Of a DNA stretch of 64,000 nucleotides, positions 28,882 to 38,464 are shown one piece after another (the first letter of the stretch is position 1; each line of letters begins with the position of its first letter). Position numbers and translations under genes: made by a program. The stretch comes from a virus. The notes beneath the pieces are model-generated. The model was not told the origin of the DNA. It did no database searches and saw nothing but the letters and a program-made list of their open reading frames with translations. The stretch spans positions 64,501-128,500 of IMG/VR virus record IMGVR_UViG_3300014839_000005. The stretch is one strand, 5' to 3'.

Positions 28882-29487
28882 ATGGATACTGTAGAAAAAA
28901 TTTTAGGAAAATATGATAAATTGAATTATTCTGGAGAAATGCCAATACAGCTTTCAATTGATCGTGAAAATTTTTCTGAATTGTTTTGTGAACTTAATCT
29001 TAAAATTGGAGCAGAGATAGGTGTTGAACAAGGTGCTTTTTCGGAATCTTTATGTCAAAACAATCCCCATGTTAAACATTTTGCTATTGATCCATGGAAA
29101 GCTTATCATGGATATCGTGACCATGTTAATCAGGAAAAACTTAACAGATTTTTTGAAGCAACAAAAGAAAGACTTTTATCTAAATATGACTGCATAATAA
29201 TGAGGGAATTCAGTCTTGATATAGTCAAAACATTTAAAGATGAATCACTTGATTATATTTATATCGATGCAAATCATACCTTTCAAAATTTTACAAATGA
29301 TTTATGTGAATGGTCTAAAAAAGTAAGAGTTGGCGGAATAATATCAGGACATGATTATCATAAAGAGGGAACTCAGGTTAATAACCATGTATTTCAAGTA
29401 ATTAATGCTTATACTGATGCATATTTTATTAAACCTTGGTTTGTGACATCAGAACGTTCCAAATCATTCTTTTGGGTAAAACAATGA
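28882..29487 (+). CDS. Class I SAM-dependent methyltransferase (Methyltransf_24-like)
   Basis: GAEIGVEQG, YIYIDANH, GGIISGHDY. Confidence 0.85.
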   Translation: MDTVEKILGKYDKLNYSGEMPIQLSIDRENFSELFCELNLKIGAEIGVEQGAFSESLCQNNPHVKHFAIDPWKAYHGYRDHVNQEKLNRFFEATKERLLSKYDCIIMREFSLDIVKTFKDESLDYIYIDANHTFQNFTNDLCEWSKKVRVGGIISGHDYHKEGTQVNNHVFQVINAYTDAYFIKPWFVTSERSKSFFWVKQ

Positions 29488-30134
29488 TACAATCAACAGT
29501 GGTTTATTATACTTCTAATACTGAAAATGAACAATTTGAAAAAAAGATAAGAGATGAAATTTGGAAAAATAAGGGTGAGCTATCACTTATTTCAGTATCA
29601 AGAAAACCTATTGATTTTGGAACGAATATATGTGTAGGTGAAATACCTTATTGTGATATGTCAGCATTTAAACAATTACTTATTGGATTAAAAGAAGTTA
29701 AAACAGAATTTGCTCATGCAGCAGAATCCGATGTTTTATATCCTCCAGAATATTTTTCATTTATTCCTCCAACAAATGATAACGTATACAGATATAAGAA
29801 TGTATGGGTATTCTGGGGATGGGTTGGAAATTTTCACAAAAATTTGTTTTGGAAAAAACAATATACAGAAGGTGCCCAGTGTTGTGGAACAGCATTTTGG
29901 ATTAAATCTCTGGAAAAGTTATTAAAATTACTTGAAACAAATAAAATAAGGGCAGAAGCGTTTCATACTTTTGATTTATTTAATTGGGTTGCACAAAATC
30001 CAGTTATTACTATAAAAACAGGACATAGTTTAAGAAATAGAACCAGCACATATAATATATCGACAGATACGCTCCCATATTGGGGAACTGCTACTGACCT
30101 TAGAAATAGATTGTGGGGAAACAATGAGATTTAA
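29484..30134 (+). CDS. GT-A-like protein, VYYT family paralog 1
   Basis: Start reassigned to the ATGA overlap; VYYT, ISVS, AESDVLY; paralogous to 30627 and the C-terminus of 32999. Confidence 0.65.
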   Translation: MIQSTVVYYTSNTENEQFEKKIRDEIWKNKGELSLISVSRKPIDFGTNICVGEIPYCDMSAFKQLLIGLKEVKTEFAHAAESDVLYPPEYFSFIPPTNDNVYRYKNVWVFWGWVGNFHKNLFWKKQYTEGAQCCGTAFWIKSLEKLLKLLETNKIRAEAFHTFDLFNWVAQNPVITIKTGHSLRNRTSTYNISTDTLPYWGTATDLRNRLWGNNEI

Positions 30135-30624
30135 TATGGCCTGGGGTACACATATGCCTGTTCTGATTAATTTAACAAACAAAACAAGCGGTCCAATACT
30201 TGAATTAGGAACTGGTTTGTATAGTACTCCATATCTGCATTGGGCATGTTTTGATAAAAAAAGGACACTTGTATCATATGATAGCGAAGAAAAATATTTT
30301 AATCTTAGTACACAATATCGTTCTGATTTTCATGAAGTAAATTTTGTCACTAATTGGGATGAAATACCAATATCAGATAAAAAATGGGATATAGCTTTTA
30401 TAGATAATCATCCTGCTGAAAAAAGAAAAGATTTAGCATTAAAAGTAAAAGATTGTGCTCGTTTTATTATTCTTCATGATGCGTGGTGGAAAGAAGATTA
30501 TGCCTATCATTATAAGGAAATTTATCCATTATTTAAATATATTTATATCCATCCCGTTACAAGAAAAGGCCCATCAGCAATTTTAAGTAATTTCGAAAAT
30601 ACTGAAGTTTTTTATAAGAGTTAA
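30124..30624 (+). CDS. SAM-dependent methyltransferase-like protein
   Basis: ILELGTGLYS, IAFIDN, IILHD. Confidence 0.7.
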   Translation: MRFNMAWGTHMPVLINLTNKTSGPILELGTGLYSTPYLHWACFDKKRTLVSYDSEEKYFNLSTQYRSDFHEVNFVTNWDEIPISDKKWDIAFIDNHPAEKRKDLALKVKDCARFIILHDAWWKEDYAYHYKEIYPLFKYIYIHPVTRKGPSAILSNFENTEVFYKS

Positions 30625-30626
30625 AT

Positions 30627-31322
30627 ATGAATGATATTACCATTGTTTATTATACTGCAAATTTTATCAATAGTTTTTCAGCTGAAGCTATTAGAAATCA
30701 ATTATTAATCGCAAAAGGTGATATACCGCTTATAAGTGTTTCTCAAAAACCTATTAATTTTGGTGAAAATATTTGTGTTGGAAATATAGGAAGATCACAA
30801 ATTAATATTTATAGACAAGTTCTTATTGGCGCAAAAGCTGTTAAAACAAAATATGTAGCCCTATGTGAAGATGATTGTCTTTACTCACCAAGTCATTTTA
30901 CTTGCTTCAGACCTAAAGATAATGAGTTTGCATATAATTGGAATCGCTGGGGACTTTATACATGGTCGAGGCCTCCTGTATTTTCAAATAAACATAGAAT
31001 TGTTTTAAGTAATTGTATTGCTCCTAAAGATTTAATAATTGAAACATCTGAGGAGCGATTTGCCAGATATCCAGATGAAAGTCAAATACCATTACATCAT
31101 TTTGCTGAATTTGGAAAATATGAGAAATGGATGAATATTACAAGAAGACCTGTTGTAATATTTGAATCTCCAGAACCAACTGTTATGTTTTCTCATCCTG
31201 AAGCATTAGGTTTTGCGGGTCTTGGAACAAGAAAGGGACTTGGCGGTGATCGTTGTTTTGAACTTCCATATTGGGGAACAGCAAAAGATGTTTTAAAAAA
31301 GTATTTTGGTATTGAGGTATAA
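30627..31322 (+). CDS. GT-A-like protein, VYYT family paralog 2
   Basis: VYYT, ISVSQKPI, LCEDDCLY. Confidence 0.65.
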   Translation: MNDITIVYYTANFINSFSAEAIRNQLLIAKGDIPLISVSQKPINFGENICVGNIGRSQINIYRQVLIGAKAVKTKYVALCEDDCLYSPSHFTCFRPKDNEFAYNWNRWGLYTWSRPPVFSNKHRIVLSNCIAPKDLIIETSEERFARYPDESQIPLHHFAEFGKYEKWMNITRRPVVIFESPEPTVMFSHPEALGFAGLGTRKGLGGDRCFELPYWGTAKDVLKKYFGIEV

Positions 31323-31327
31323 ATAAT

Positions 31328-32005
31328 ATGAAAATTGCAATTATAACAGCAAATTTAGGACATTTTGATCCTCCTTCTTATATTGTTCCTCAGATACCAA
31401 TAGAAAATGTTGAAATAGATATACATAGATTTGATGATAATAATTTTCCTCCAAGAATTAAAGCAATGACTCCAAGACTTCAAGCAAGAATTCCTAAAAT
31501 GTTTGGATATGATATGGTTCCAGGATATGATTATTATATATGGTTAGATGGATCTTTTTCAATTTTAAATGAACAAACTATTCAATGGTATTTATCGATA
31601 ATAGCATCAAAAGATATTGTCTTTTTTAAACATCCCACTCGTAATAATATTAAAAGTGAAGCGGACTTTATTAGAAAAAAAATTGAAGATAAAAATGAAT
31701 ATTTAACATCAAGATATTGGGGTGAATTAATTGATGACCAATTAGCTGCATGTAATAAACCAGGATATGAAGACGATCTTCTTCTTGCAACATGCTCTTT
31801 TATTTATAAAAACTGCGATAGCGTGAAAACTCTTTTAAAAGAATGGTGGATTCACACATCACGTTATCATATAGTAGATCAACTTTCAATTCCATTTCTT
31901 TTAAAAACATCAAATTGTAAATTTATGGTTATTGATGAAGATATTTATCATATTCCATATGTGACATATACTAGAAATCAAACTGCTCCATATAAAACAA
32001 AATAG
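31328..32005 (+). CDS. DUF616-like putative glycosyltransferase
   Basis: YIWLDGS, FKHPTR, DQLSIPF. Confidence 0.65.
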   Translation: MKIAIITANLGHFDPPSYIVPQIPIENVEIDIHRFDDNNFPPRIKAMTPRLQARIPKMFGYDMVPGYDYYIWLDGSFSILNEQTIQWYLSIIASKDIVFFKHPTRNNIKSEADFIRKKIEDKNEYLTSRYWGELIDDQLAACNKPGYEDDLLLATCSFIYKNCDSVKTLLKEWWIHTSRYHIVDQLSIPFLLKTSNCKFMVIDEDIYHIPYVTYTRNQTAPYKTK

Positions 32006-32013
32006 AGATAACA

Positions 32014-32979
32014 ATGCATCAATCAGAAACGATTCTTGTTACCGGCGCAGCTGGATTTATCGGCTATCATGTATCAAAACAACTCTGCCAACTTGGCCGT
32101 GTAGTTATCGGTGTTGATAATATTAATTCATATTATGATCCGTCATTAAAAAAAGCGCGTATTAAACAATTAAAAATATATGAGCATTTTCATTTTTATA
32201 AAATGGATATTTGTAATTATAAAAAATTATCTCATTTAGTAAAAAAATATAAAATTACAAAAATTTGCCATCTTGCTGGACAACCTGGAGTACATTATTC
32301 AATAACAAATCCTTTTGAATTTCAAATATCCAATAATGAAGGCTTTCTTAGTGTTATTGAGGTAGCTAGGAATAATAGAATAGGAAATTTTGTTTATGCA
32401 TCATCCTCGTCAGTATATGGATCAATGCCTAAAGATCCATCTATAGAAACTGAAAGAGTTGATGAACCAGTTTCTTTATATGCTGCAACAAAACGCTCTA
32501 ATGAATTAGTAGCATATTGTTATAGTCATTTATATGGACTTAATTGTAGTGGATTAAGATTCTTTACTGTATATGGACCATGGGGCCGTCCAGATATGGC
32601 ATTATTTATTTTTACAAAAGCAATTCTTAAAGGGGAACCTATTGAAGTTTATAATCATGGAAAAATGAAAAGAAATTTTACTTATATAGATGATATAGTA
32701 GATGGAGTTATACTTGCACTATTAAATCCATTACCATGTGAGATATATAATATTGGTAATAGTAAAAGTGAAGAACTAATGAATTTCATTACAGAAATAG
32801 AAAAAAGTTGTAATAAAAAAGCAATTATTAACTATAAATCTATGCAACTTGGAGATGTATTTGAAACTGTTGCTAATATTGAAAAATTGTCTAAATTAGG
32901 TTATTATCCAAGAGTAAATATTGATGTTGGAATTAAACAATTTGTTGAATGGTATAAAAAATATTATAAGATTTTTTAA
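32014..32979 (+). CDS. NAD-dependent epimerase, UDP-glucuronate 4-epimerase-like
   Basis: GAAGFIG, ASSSSVYG, YAATK, FFTVYGPWGRPDMA. Confidence 0.9.
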   Translation: MHQSETILVTGAAGFIGYHVSKQLCQLGRVVIGVDNINSYYDPSLKKARIKQLKIYEHFHFYKMDICNYKKLSHLVKKYKITKICHLAGQPGVHYSITNPFEFQISNNEGFLSVIEVARNNRIGNFVYASSSSVYGSMPKDPSIETERVDEPVSLYAATKRSNELVAYCYSHLYGLNCSGLRFFTVYGPWGRPDMALFIFTKAILKGEPIEVYNHGKMKRNFTYIDDIVDGVILALLNPLPCEIYNIGNSKSEELMNFITEIEKSCNKKAIINYKSMQLGDVFETVANIEKLSKLGYYPRVNIDVGIKQFVEWYKKYYKIF

Positions 32980-32998
32980 TTGAAAGGATGGCTACTTC

Positions 32999-34618
32999 AT
33001 GGACCTCTCTGTGATAATACCGGCTAGAAACGAAGAGTTTCTGCAACAAACAATTGATTCTATAACAAAAGCTATCAAGGCTGATACTGAAGTTATAGCA
33101 GTGTTGGATGGTTATTGGCCTGAAGTAGGCCTTGCAGATCATCCTAAAGTTAGACTGATTCATCATACTGAATCAATAGGACAAAGAGCTGCAACAAATG
33201 AAGGGGTGAAATTAAGCGAAGCAAAATATATAATGAAAATAGATGCTCATTGCGCTATCGATGAGGGATTTGATGTTAAGATGATGCAGGAAATGCATCG
33301 TGATTGGACGATGATTCCAAGAATGTATAATCTTCACGTATTTGATTGGAAATGTAAAAAATGTAATAATCAAACTTATCAAGGCCCCAAACCAACAAAA
33401 TGTGAAAAATGTGATAATACAACTGAATTCGAAAGAATAATGATTTGGACTCCTCGTTGGAATAGAGTTTCAGATTTTGCAAGATTTGACAGCACTCTTC
33501 ATTTTCAATATTGGGGGGATTTTAAAAAACGTCCTGAAGCTCAGGGCGATATATGTGATACTATGAGTCAGATTGGTGCATGTTGGATGATGGAAAAAGA
33601 TCGCTATTGGGAACTTGGTGGCTTAGATGAAAATCACGGTTCGTGGGGACAAATGGGTACTGAAATATCCTGCAAAACATGGTTATCTGGCGGTAGGCAA
33701 GTTGTTAATAAAAAAACATGGTTCAGTCATTTATTTAGAACTCAGCCAGGATTTGGTTTTCCTTATCCCAATCCAGGAATTGGAAAAGCTAGGGAACATT
33801 CAAGAAAGTTATGGATTGAAAATACATGGCCTGGAGCAAAGTATCCTTTAAAATGGCTTATTAAAAAATTTGGTCCTGTTCCTGACTGGCCCGATGAAAC
33901 AAGTAAAAAAGTTTCAAAAGGAGTCATATATTATACTGACAATCTTCCCGATCCATTAATATTGGAAATATGTCAAAAAAATATTCTTCAAAGATGTAAT
34001 GGATTTGATATTGTATCAGTTTCTTTAAAACCAATACCACACTTTGGTCGTAACATTGTTCTTCCTCTTGAGCGTGGTATTATAACAATGTTTAAACAAA
34101 TATTAACAGGACTTGAAGCCTGTACAGCTGATGTCGTATATATGTGTGAACATGATATGATTTATCATGAAAGTCATTTTGATTTCGTTCCTCCGAAAGA
34201 AAATGTATACTATTATAATGAGAACACATGGAAGGTAGATTCTATAAGTGGCCAAGCATTGTTTTATTATTGCAAACAAACTTCAGGACTTGTTGCTTAT
34301 AGAAAACTTCTTGTAGAACATTATAGAAAACGTATTGCAAAAATGGAGGCCGAAGGCGGCATATATAACAGAAGCACGGGATTTGAGCCTGGAACTCATT
34401 CAATGCCGAGAGGAATAGATAATTATCCAGCAGAAAGATTTTTTTCTGAAGTTCCTAATATAGATATAAGACACACTGTAAATCTTACTCGTAATAGATG
34501 GCGTCAAGATCAATTCAGAAATCAGAAATCATGTCAAGGTTGGAAAATGGCTGATGATGTTCCAGGATGGGGAAAATCAAAGGGAAGATTCAAGGATTTT
34601 CTGTTGGAGGTATTATGA
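32999..34618 (+). CDS. Two-domain glycosyltransferase (ppGalNAc-T-like with zinc-ribbon insert, plus a VYYT-family domain)
   Basis: SVIIPARNE, KIDAHC, CKKC...CEKC, LGGLDE..GSWG..GTEISCKTWLSGG; C-terminal IYYT, CEHDMIY. Confidence 0.85.
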   Translation: MDLSVIIPARNEEFLQQTIDSITKAIKADTEVIAVLDGYWPEVGLADHPKVRLIHHTESIGQRAATNEGVKLSEAKYIMKIDAHCAIDEGFDVKMMQEMHRDWTMIPRMYNLHVFDWKCKKCNNQTYQGPKPTKCEKCDNTTEFERIMIWTPRWNRVSDFARFDSTLHFQYWGDFKKRPEAQGDICDTMSQIGACWMMEKDRYWELGGLDENHGSWGQMGTEISCKTWLSGGRQVVNKKTWFSHLFRTQPGFGFPYPNPGIGKAREHSRKLWIENTWPGAKYPLKWLIKKFGPVPDWPDETSKKVSKGVIYYTDNLPDPLILEICQKNILQRCNGFDIVSVSLKPIPHFGRNIVLPLERGIITMFKQILTGLEACTADVVYMCEHDMIYHESHFDFVPPKENVYYYNENTWKVDSISGQALFYYCKQTSGLVAYRKLLVEHYRKRIAKMEAEGGIYNRSTGFEPGTHSMPRGIDNYPAERFFSEVPNIDIRHTVNLTRNRWRQDQFRNQKSCQGWKMADDVPGWGKSKGRFKDFLLEVL

Positions 34619-35064
34619 GTTTTGTAGTTGTGTTTAGTAAAGAAACGGGACGTATACGTTCAATTTTTGTTCCCGATAATGATGAACAAATAAAAGATCT
34701 TTTATATTTAGATGGGGAAGATTCTATAATATTTGATGATAAAGAAGTGCCACCATTAGAAGATTTACAAAAATTAGTCAGTGATAAAACAGGATTAATT
34801 CCTAAAGATGATAGATATGCAGTAGTTGATGATAAAGGAGAAGTTAAAGCAATTATAATTGCAGATCCAAAATGTGGAGACAGTATTAAAGATCATGAAT
34901 TAATAGCATCCATTGATGCCGAAATGCAAGATGTTTATGATAAAAGCGCCCAAGTGTTCATAAAATCAGTAAAAGAAACTACTACAACACCAAGACCAGA
35001 ACCATCTCCTTCTCCAGCTATTATAGATGTTACTGATGTTACTGATATTAAAAAAATCGGCTAA
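34615..35064 (+). CDS. Hypothetical tail-fibre-associated protein
   Basis: GGAGG RBS with ATGA overlap; acidic; short TTTTPRPEPSPSP segment. Confidence 0.55.
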   Translation: MSFVVVFSKETGRIRSIFVPDNDEQIKDLLYLDGEDSIIFDDKEVPPLEDLQKLVSDKTGLIPKDDRYAVVDDKGEVKAIIIADPKCGDSIKDHELIASIDAEMQDVYDKSAQVFIKSVKETTTTPRPEPSPSPAIIDVTDVTDIKKIG

Positions 35065-35067
35065 TTT

Positions 35068-36300
35068 ATGGCGTATGTATACATATTATCTGGCACTTCT
35101 TGGGCTGGTGCCCATACTGATGGAAGTAACATCAAGGTTGAATGTATTGGTGGTGGCGGCGGAGGAATATCAAGTACAACTGTTATTGATGGTGGTGGAG
35201 GAGGAGAATATCGAACATCAACAGTAGCATATACATCAGATACAACCATAAATGGGATTCAAATTGGGCAAGGTGGAACAGGTGGAACTACTGGTGGAGA
35301 TGCAACAAACACAATATGGAATACTAATGTTGTAATAGCGGTAGGTGGAAAGGGAGCAGTTGCCGGCGGTGCAGGTGGCACTGGAGGAACAGGAACTACT
35401 GGATATGTTGGTGGTGGAGCACTTGGTCCTGGAGGATATGCTGGTGGATCAGGGGGAGGTGGAGCGGCTGGACCAGCTGGAAGAGGTCAACCAGCTGGAT
35501 CACGTACTGGTGGTGGAAACACAAAAGGTGGTGCTGGTGGCGGTGGAGCTGGTAATGGAAGCGCAGTAGCAACAACAAATTCTAGTACTACTTCAGGTAC
35601 TGACGGGGGAGATGGCCCAGGAGGAACAGGGCATGGAACTGGATCGACTTCAAATGTTGCTCCTGGCGCTGCATCAGCAGGTGGTGGTGGAGGTGGAAGT
35701 TTTAGTGATGGTTCGTATCCAGGCGGAGCTGGATCAACAGCAACCAGTTGGGATGCCGGATATGGCCCTGGTGGTGGCGGCGGAGGAGGCGGTAGGGCAA
35801 ATAGTGGTGGAAATGGTGCATTATATGGGGGTGGTGGAGGAAATTCTGGATATCGTTTAGCTGCAGAAACTGGTGGTAATGGCGCTAATGGTATTATCGT
35901 TATCACTTATACTCCACATGCTCCATCGGCATCAGTCAGCCCTTCAGCTTCACGTAGTCCATCGGCATCGCAAAGTCCTTCAGCTTCAATTAGCCCATCA
36001 TCCAGTGCATCAGCTTCTTTAAGTCCTTCTGCATCTATAAGTCCCTCGTCTAGTGCATCAGCATCTAGAAGTCCTTCAGCATCAATTTCTCCATCATCAA
36101 GCGCTAGTAAGTCACGATCTCCTTCAGCCAGTAGAAGCCCTTCGGCTTCGAGAAGTCCATCAGCAAGTATTTCAAGATCAGTAAGTCCGTCAGCTTCTAT
36201 AAGTCCGTCGGAATCCGCAAGTCCAAGTGAACCAATATCAAATTGGTTTTTATTACATATGAAGAATTATATTTATAATACAACAAATCAAATGAGGTAA
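35068..36300 (+). CDS. Glycine-rich tail-fibre-like protein with a serine-rich repeat
   Basis: CIGGGGGG start and GGNGANGIIVITY end typical of phage Gly-rich domains; about 105-aa alternating-Ser tail. Confidence 0.7.
   Translation: MAYVYILSGTSWAGAHTDGSNIKVECIGGGGGGISSTTVIDGGGGGEYRTSTVAYTSDTTINGIQIGQGGTGGTTGGDATNTIWNTNVVIAVGGKGAVAGGAGGTGGTGTTGYVGGGALGPGGYAGGSGGGGAAGPAGRGQPAGSRTGGGNTKGGAGGGGAGNGSAVATTNSSTTSGTDGGDGPGGTGHGTGSTSNVAPGAASAGGGGGGSFSDGSYPGGAGSTATSWDAGYGPGGGGGGGGRANSGGNGALYGGGGGNSGYRLAAETGGNGANGIIVITYTPHAPSASVSPSASRSPSASQSPSASISPSSSASASLSPSASISPSSSASASRSPSASISPSSSASKSRSPSASRSPSASRSPSASISRSVSPSASISPSESASPSEPISNWFLLHMKNYIYNTTNQMR
35920..36234 (+). repeat. Coding serine-rich repeat (SPSAS[R/I/Q/V] and SPSSSASAS units)
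   Basis: Direct translation. Confidence 0.9.
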
Positions 36301-36303
36301 TAT

Positions 36304-37446
36304 ATGGCATTTGTACATTACGGTGTATCTCCAACAAATGTAGTACTTAGAATAAAATTGATGAATAGAAAATCAATGGAAGGTGATGGGTTGACGGGAG
36401 TATCTAATACATCAACGGGATTAATTATAAGTACTATTAAAATTAATGAATCTACTCCAGTTACTTATCAAAGTTCAGATTCTACTATAGATAGTATTAC
36501 AACTCTTGGAGTGTATCAAGTGCCAACTGCGGGACATTGCAGATTTAGAGAATTAGATCCCACAAATAATCCTGGCATTTATGAAGTTCAATTTGAAAAT
36601 TCAAGATTTCAAAATACTGATTCTTTTCTTTTATCTCTTTCTGGAGCTTACCATCTTGCTGAATTTGACGGAGTGGTTCAATGTAAAAACTTGGCAGCAG
36701 ATATGGAACAAATTCAAGGAGCAGATGTTAATACTGATGAAGCTCAGGTTGGAGTAAATGTTGTAAGCCAGAATAATATCGATTTTGGTACATTACAAAA
36801 AGAATCTATTGATGAAATTATCACAAATAATGAACAGATACAAGAAATACATACGGCTGTCATGGCTGGAGAAGGAATATATTCAGTAACATTACATCTG
36901 CAGACATCTCCTGGCGCTCCAATTAATGATGCGAGTATTCAAATATTCGATCAAAGCGAATTAACTTTACAAGCTGTCGGAGAAAGCGATGTTGATGGTA
37001 ATAAAGTTTTTGCCCTTGATGCTGGAACGTATCATATCCTTATTTCCAAACAAGGGACATATAGTTTTACAGTTCCAGAAGTAATAACAGTAACTGGGAA
37101 TGCGACATTTACATTCGTCGGAACCCCCGTTCCTATAGTTCCTCCAACAGCAAATTGCCAACTTGTTTATTTGTATCCCATTGATATTTCTAGTGTAATA
37201 AGTACTTGCGATGAAATTACAATAACTCCATCCAGCGATATTCAAAATCCATATATCTTGGTTCGAAATAAAGTTAAAATGCAATATATTGCCGCACGTG
37301 GACGCTATGAAGCTAATATTATTAAACAATCAGAAGTCACTGTAGATGGTTGGAGCAAGGGAAGACAGTTCATATATGGAACTGGAATAATTGATACTGA
37401 CGCAACAAAGAATTTAGTTGATTATGAATGGATTACATCGCAGTAA
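36304..37446 (+). CDS. Putative virion structural protein (beta-rich)
   Basis: Co-oriented within the tail cluster; beta-sandwich-like C-terminal half. Confidence 0.5.
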   Translation: MAFVHYGVSPTNVVLRIKLMNRKSMEGDGLTGVSNTSTGLIISTIKINESTPVTYQSSDSTIDSITTLGVYQVPTAGHCRFRELDPTNNPGIYEVQFENSRFQNTDSFLLSLSGAYHLAEFDGVVQCKNLAADMEQIQGADVNTDEAQVGVNVVSQNNIDFGTLQKESIDEIITNNEQIQEIHTAVMAGEGIYSVTLHLQTSPGAPINDASIQIFDQSELTLQAVGESDVDGNKVFALDAGTYHILISKQGTYSFTVPEVITVTGNATFTFVGTPVPIVPPTANCQLVYLYPIDISSVISTCDEITITPSSDIQNPYILVRNKVKMQYIAARGRYEANIIKQSEVTVDGWSKGRQFIYGTGIIDTDATKNLVDYEWITSQ

Positions 37447-37526
37447 GAATTTTGAAATAGTTGTAAATATCGCTTTAGAATACTATATTATATTAGGAGG
37501 CTCTCAAATACGGAGAAATTATATAA

Positions 37527-38444
37527 ATGCCATCTGATTTGCTGAATTTACCTTTTGGTCTTGTAGTAGATGGCTTTTTATCATTTATTCAAAGCAGATT
37601 TTCAAACCCAGAAATAACGCCTCCTGCATATAGATGGAATCCAGATGAAACTCAGAGTAGAATAAGAATTTCAAGTACTTATGTTATTGATAATGCAAAA
37701 TCGGGAAGTATACCATCTATAACAGTAAGAAGAAGCGGTCTTCAATTTGCATCAAGGGTAATGGATAATCTAGCATCAGCTGATGCAAATGTTTTAACAA
37801 ACGCACAATATGAAGACTGGGCAGACGGTACGATTGATATACTTTGTGAAGCGGGAAGCGCTTCCGAAGCTTCAAGTCTTGCAAATTTTTTAGCTATTGA
37901 AATACAGGCCAATAGAAAAGGAATCAAATATACATTACCGTTCATGAGATACATTTCGTGGGCGGATGTGGGTCCTGAAACGCCTGTTGAACAAAATGTA
38001 GAAGTAAGACGTTGGCAAGTATTTTTAAGAATAAAAATTTCAGTATATCTTGGATGGATTAAAAAAGAAATAGACTTAGATCCATTTAATAAAATTTCGA
38101 TTACTAATATTTCATCTGAAAATACTTGGAATTCTGATTCTGGAACTATAACTCCTGGGCAACCTTATATAGTAGATAATACAGCTGATTTTGGGATTTT
38201 AAAAACAAATAATCCTCAATTATTATCAGCTGAATTAAATAAAAAATGGTATTATGTATTGATAGGCGAGGATACGAGATTGTATACTATAGAAGAAATT
38301 ATTAATAATCATCAAATACGTTTATCTGACAGAGACTTGAATAATAGTGTAATTCCATTTAATCCGCCAGAAGGACTTACTACTCATTATAGGATTGTTT
38401 GGAATACAATACACTTAAAAGTTGAATTACCGAAGGCGTCTTAA
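37527..38444 (+). CDS. Putative tail completion/terminator protein
   Basis: Immediately upstream of the sheath gene; GGAG RBS; promoter TTGTAA-N17-TATATT at 37461. Confidence 0.5.
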   Translation: MPSDLLNLPFGLVVDGFLSFIQSRFSNPEITPPAYRWNPDETQSRIRISSTYVIDNAKSGSIPSITVRRSGLQFASRVMDNLASADANVLTNAQYEDWADGTIDILCEAGSASEASSLANFLAIEIQANRKGIKYTLPFMRYISWADVGPETPVEQNVEVRRWQVFLRIKISVYLGWIKKEIDLDPFNKISITNISSENTWNSDSGTITPGQPYIVDNTADFGILKTNNPQLLSAELNKKWYYVLIGEDTRLYTIEEIINNHQIRLSDRDLNNSVIPFNPPEGLTTHYRIVWNTIHLKVELPKAS

Positions 38445-38464
38445 TTTAATTAAAGGAGAATGAT

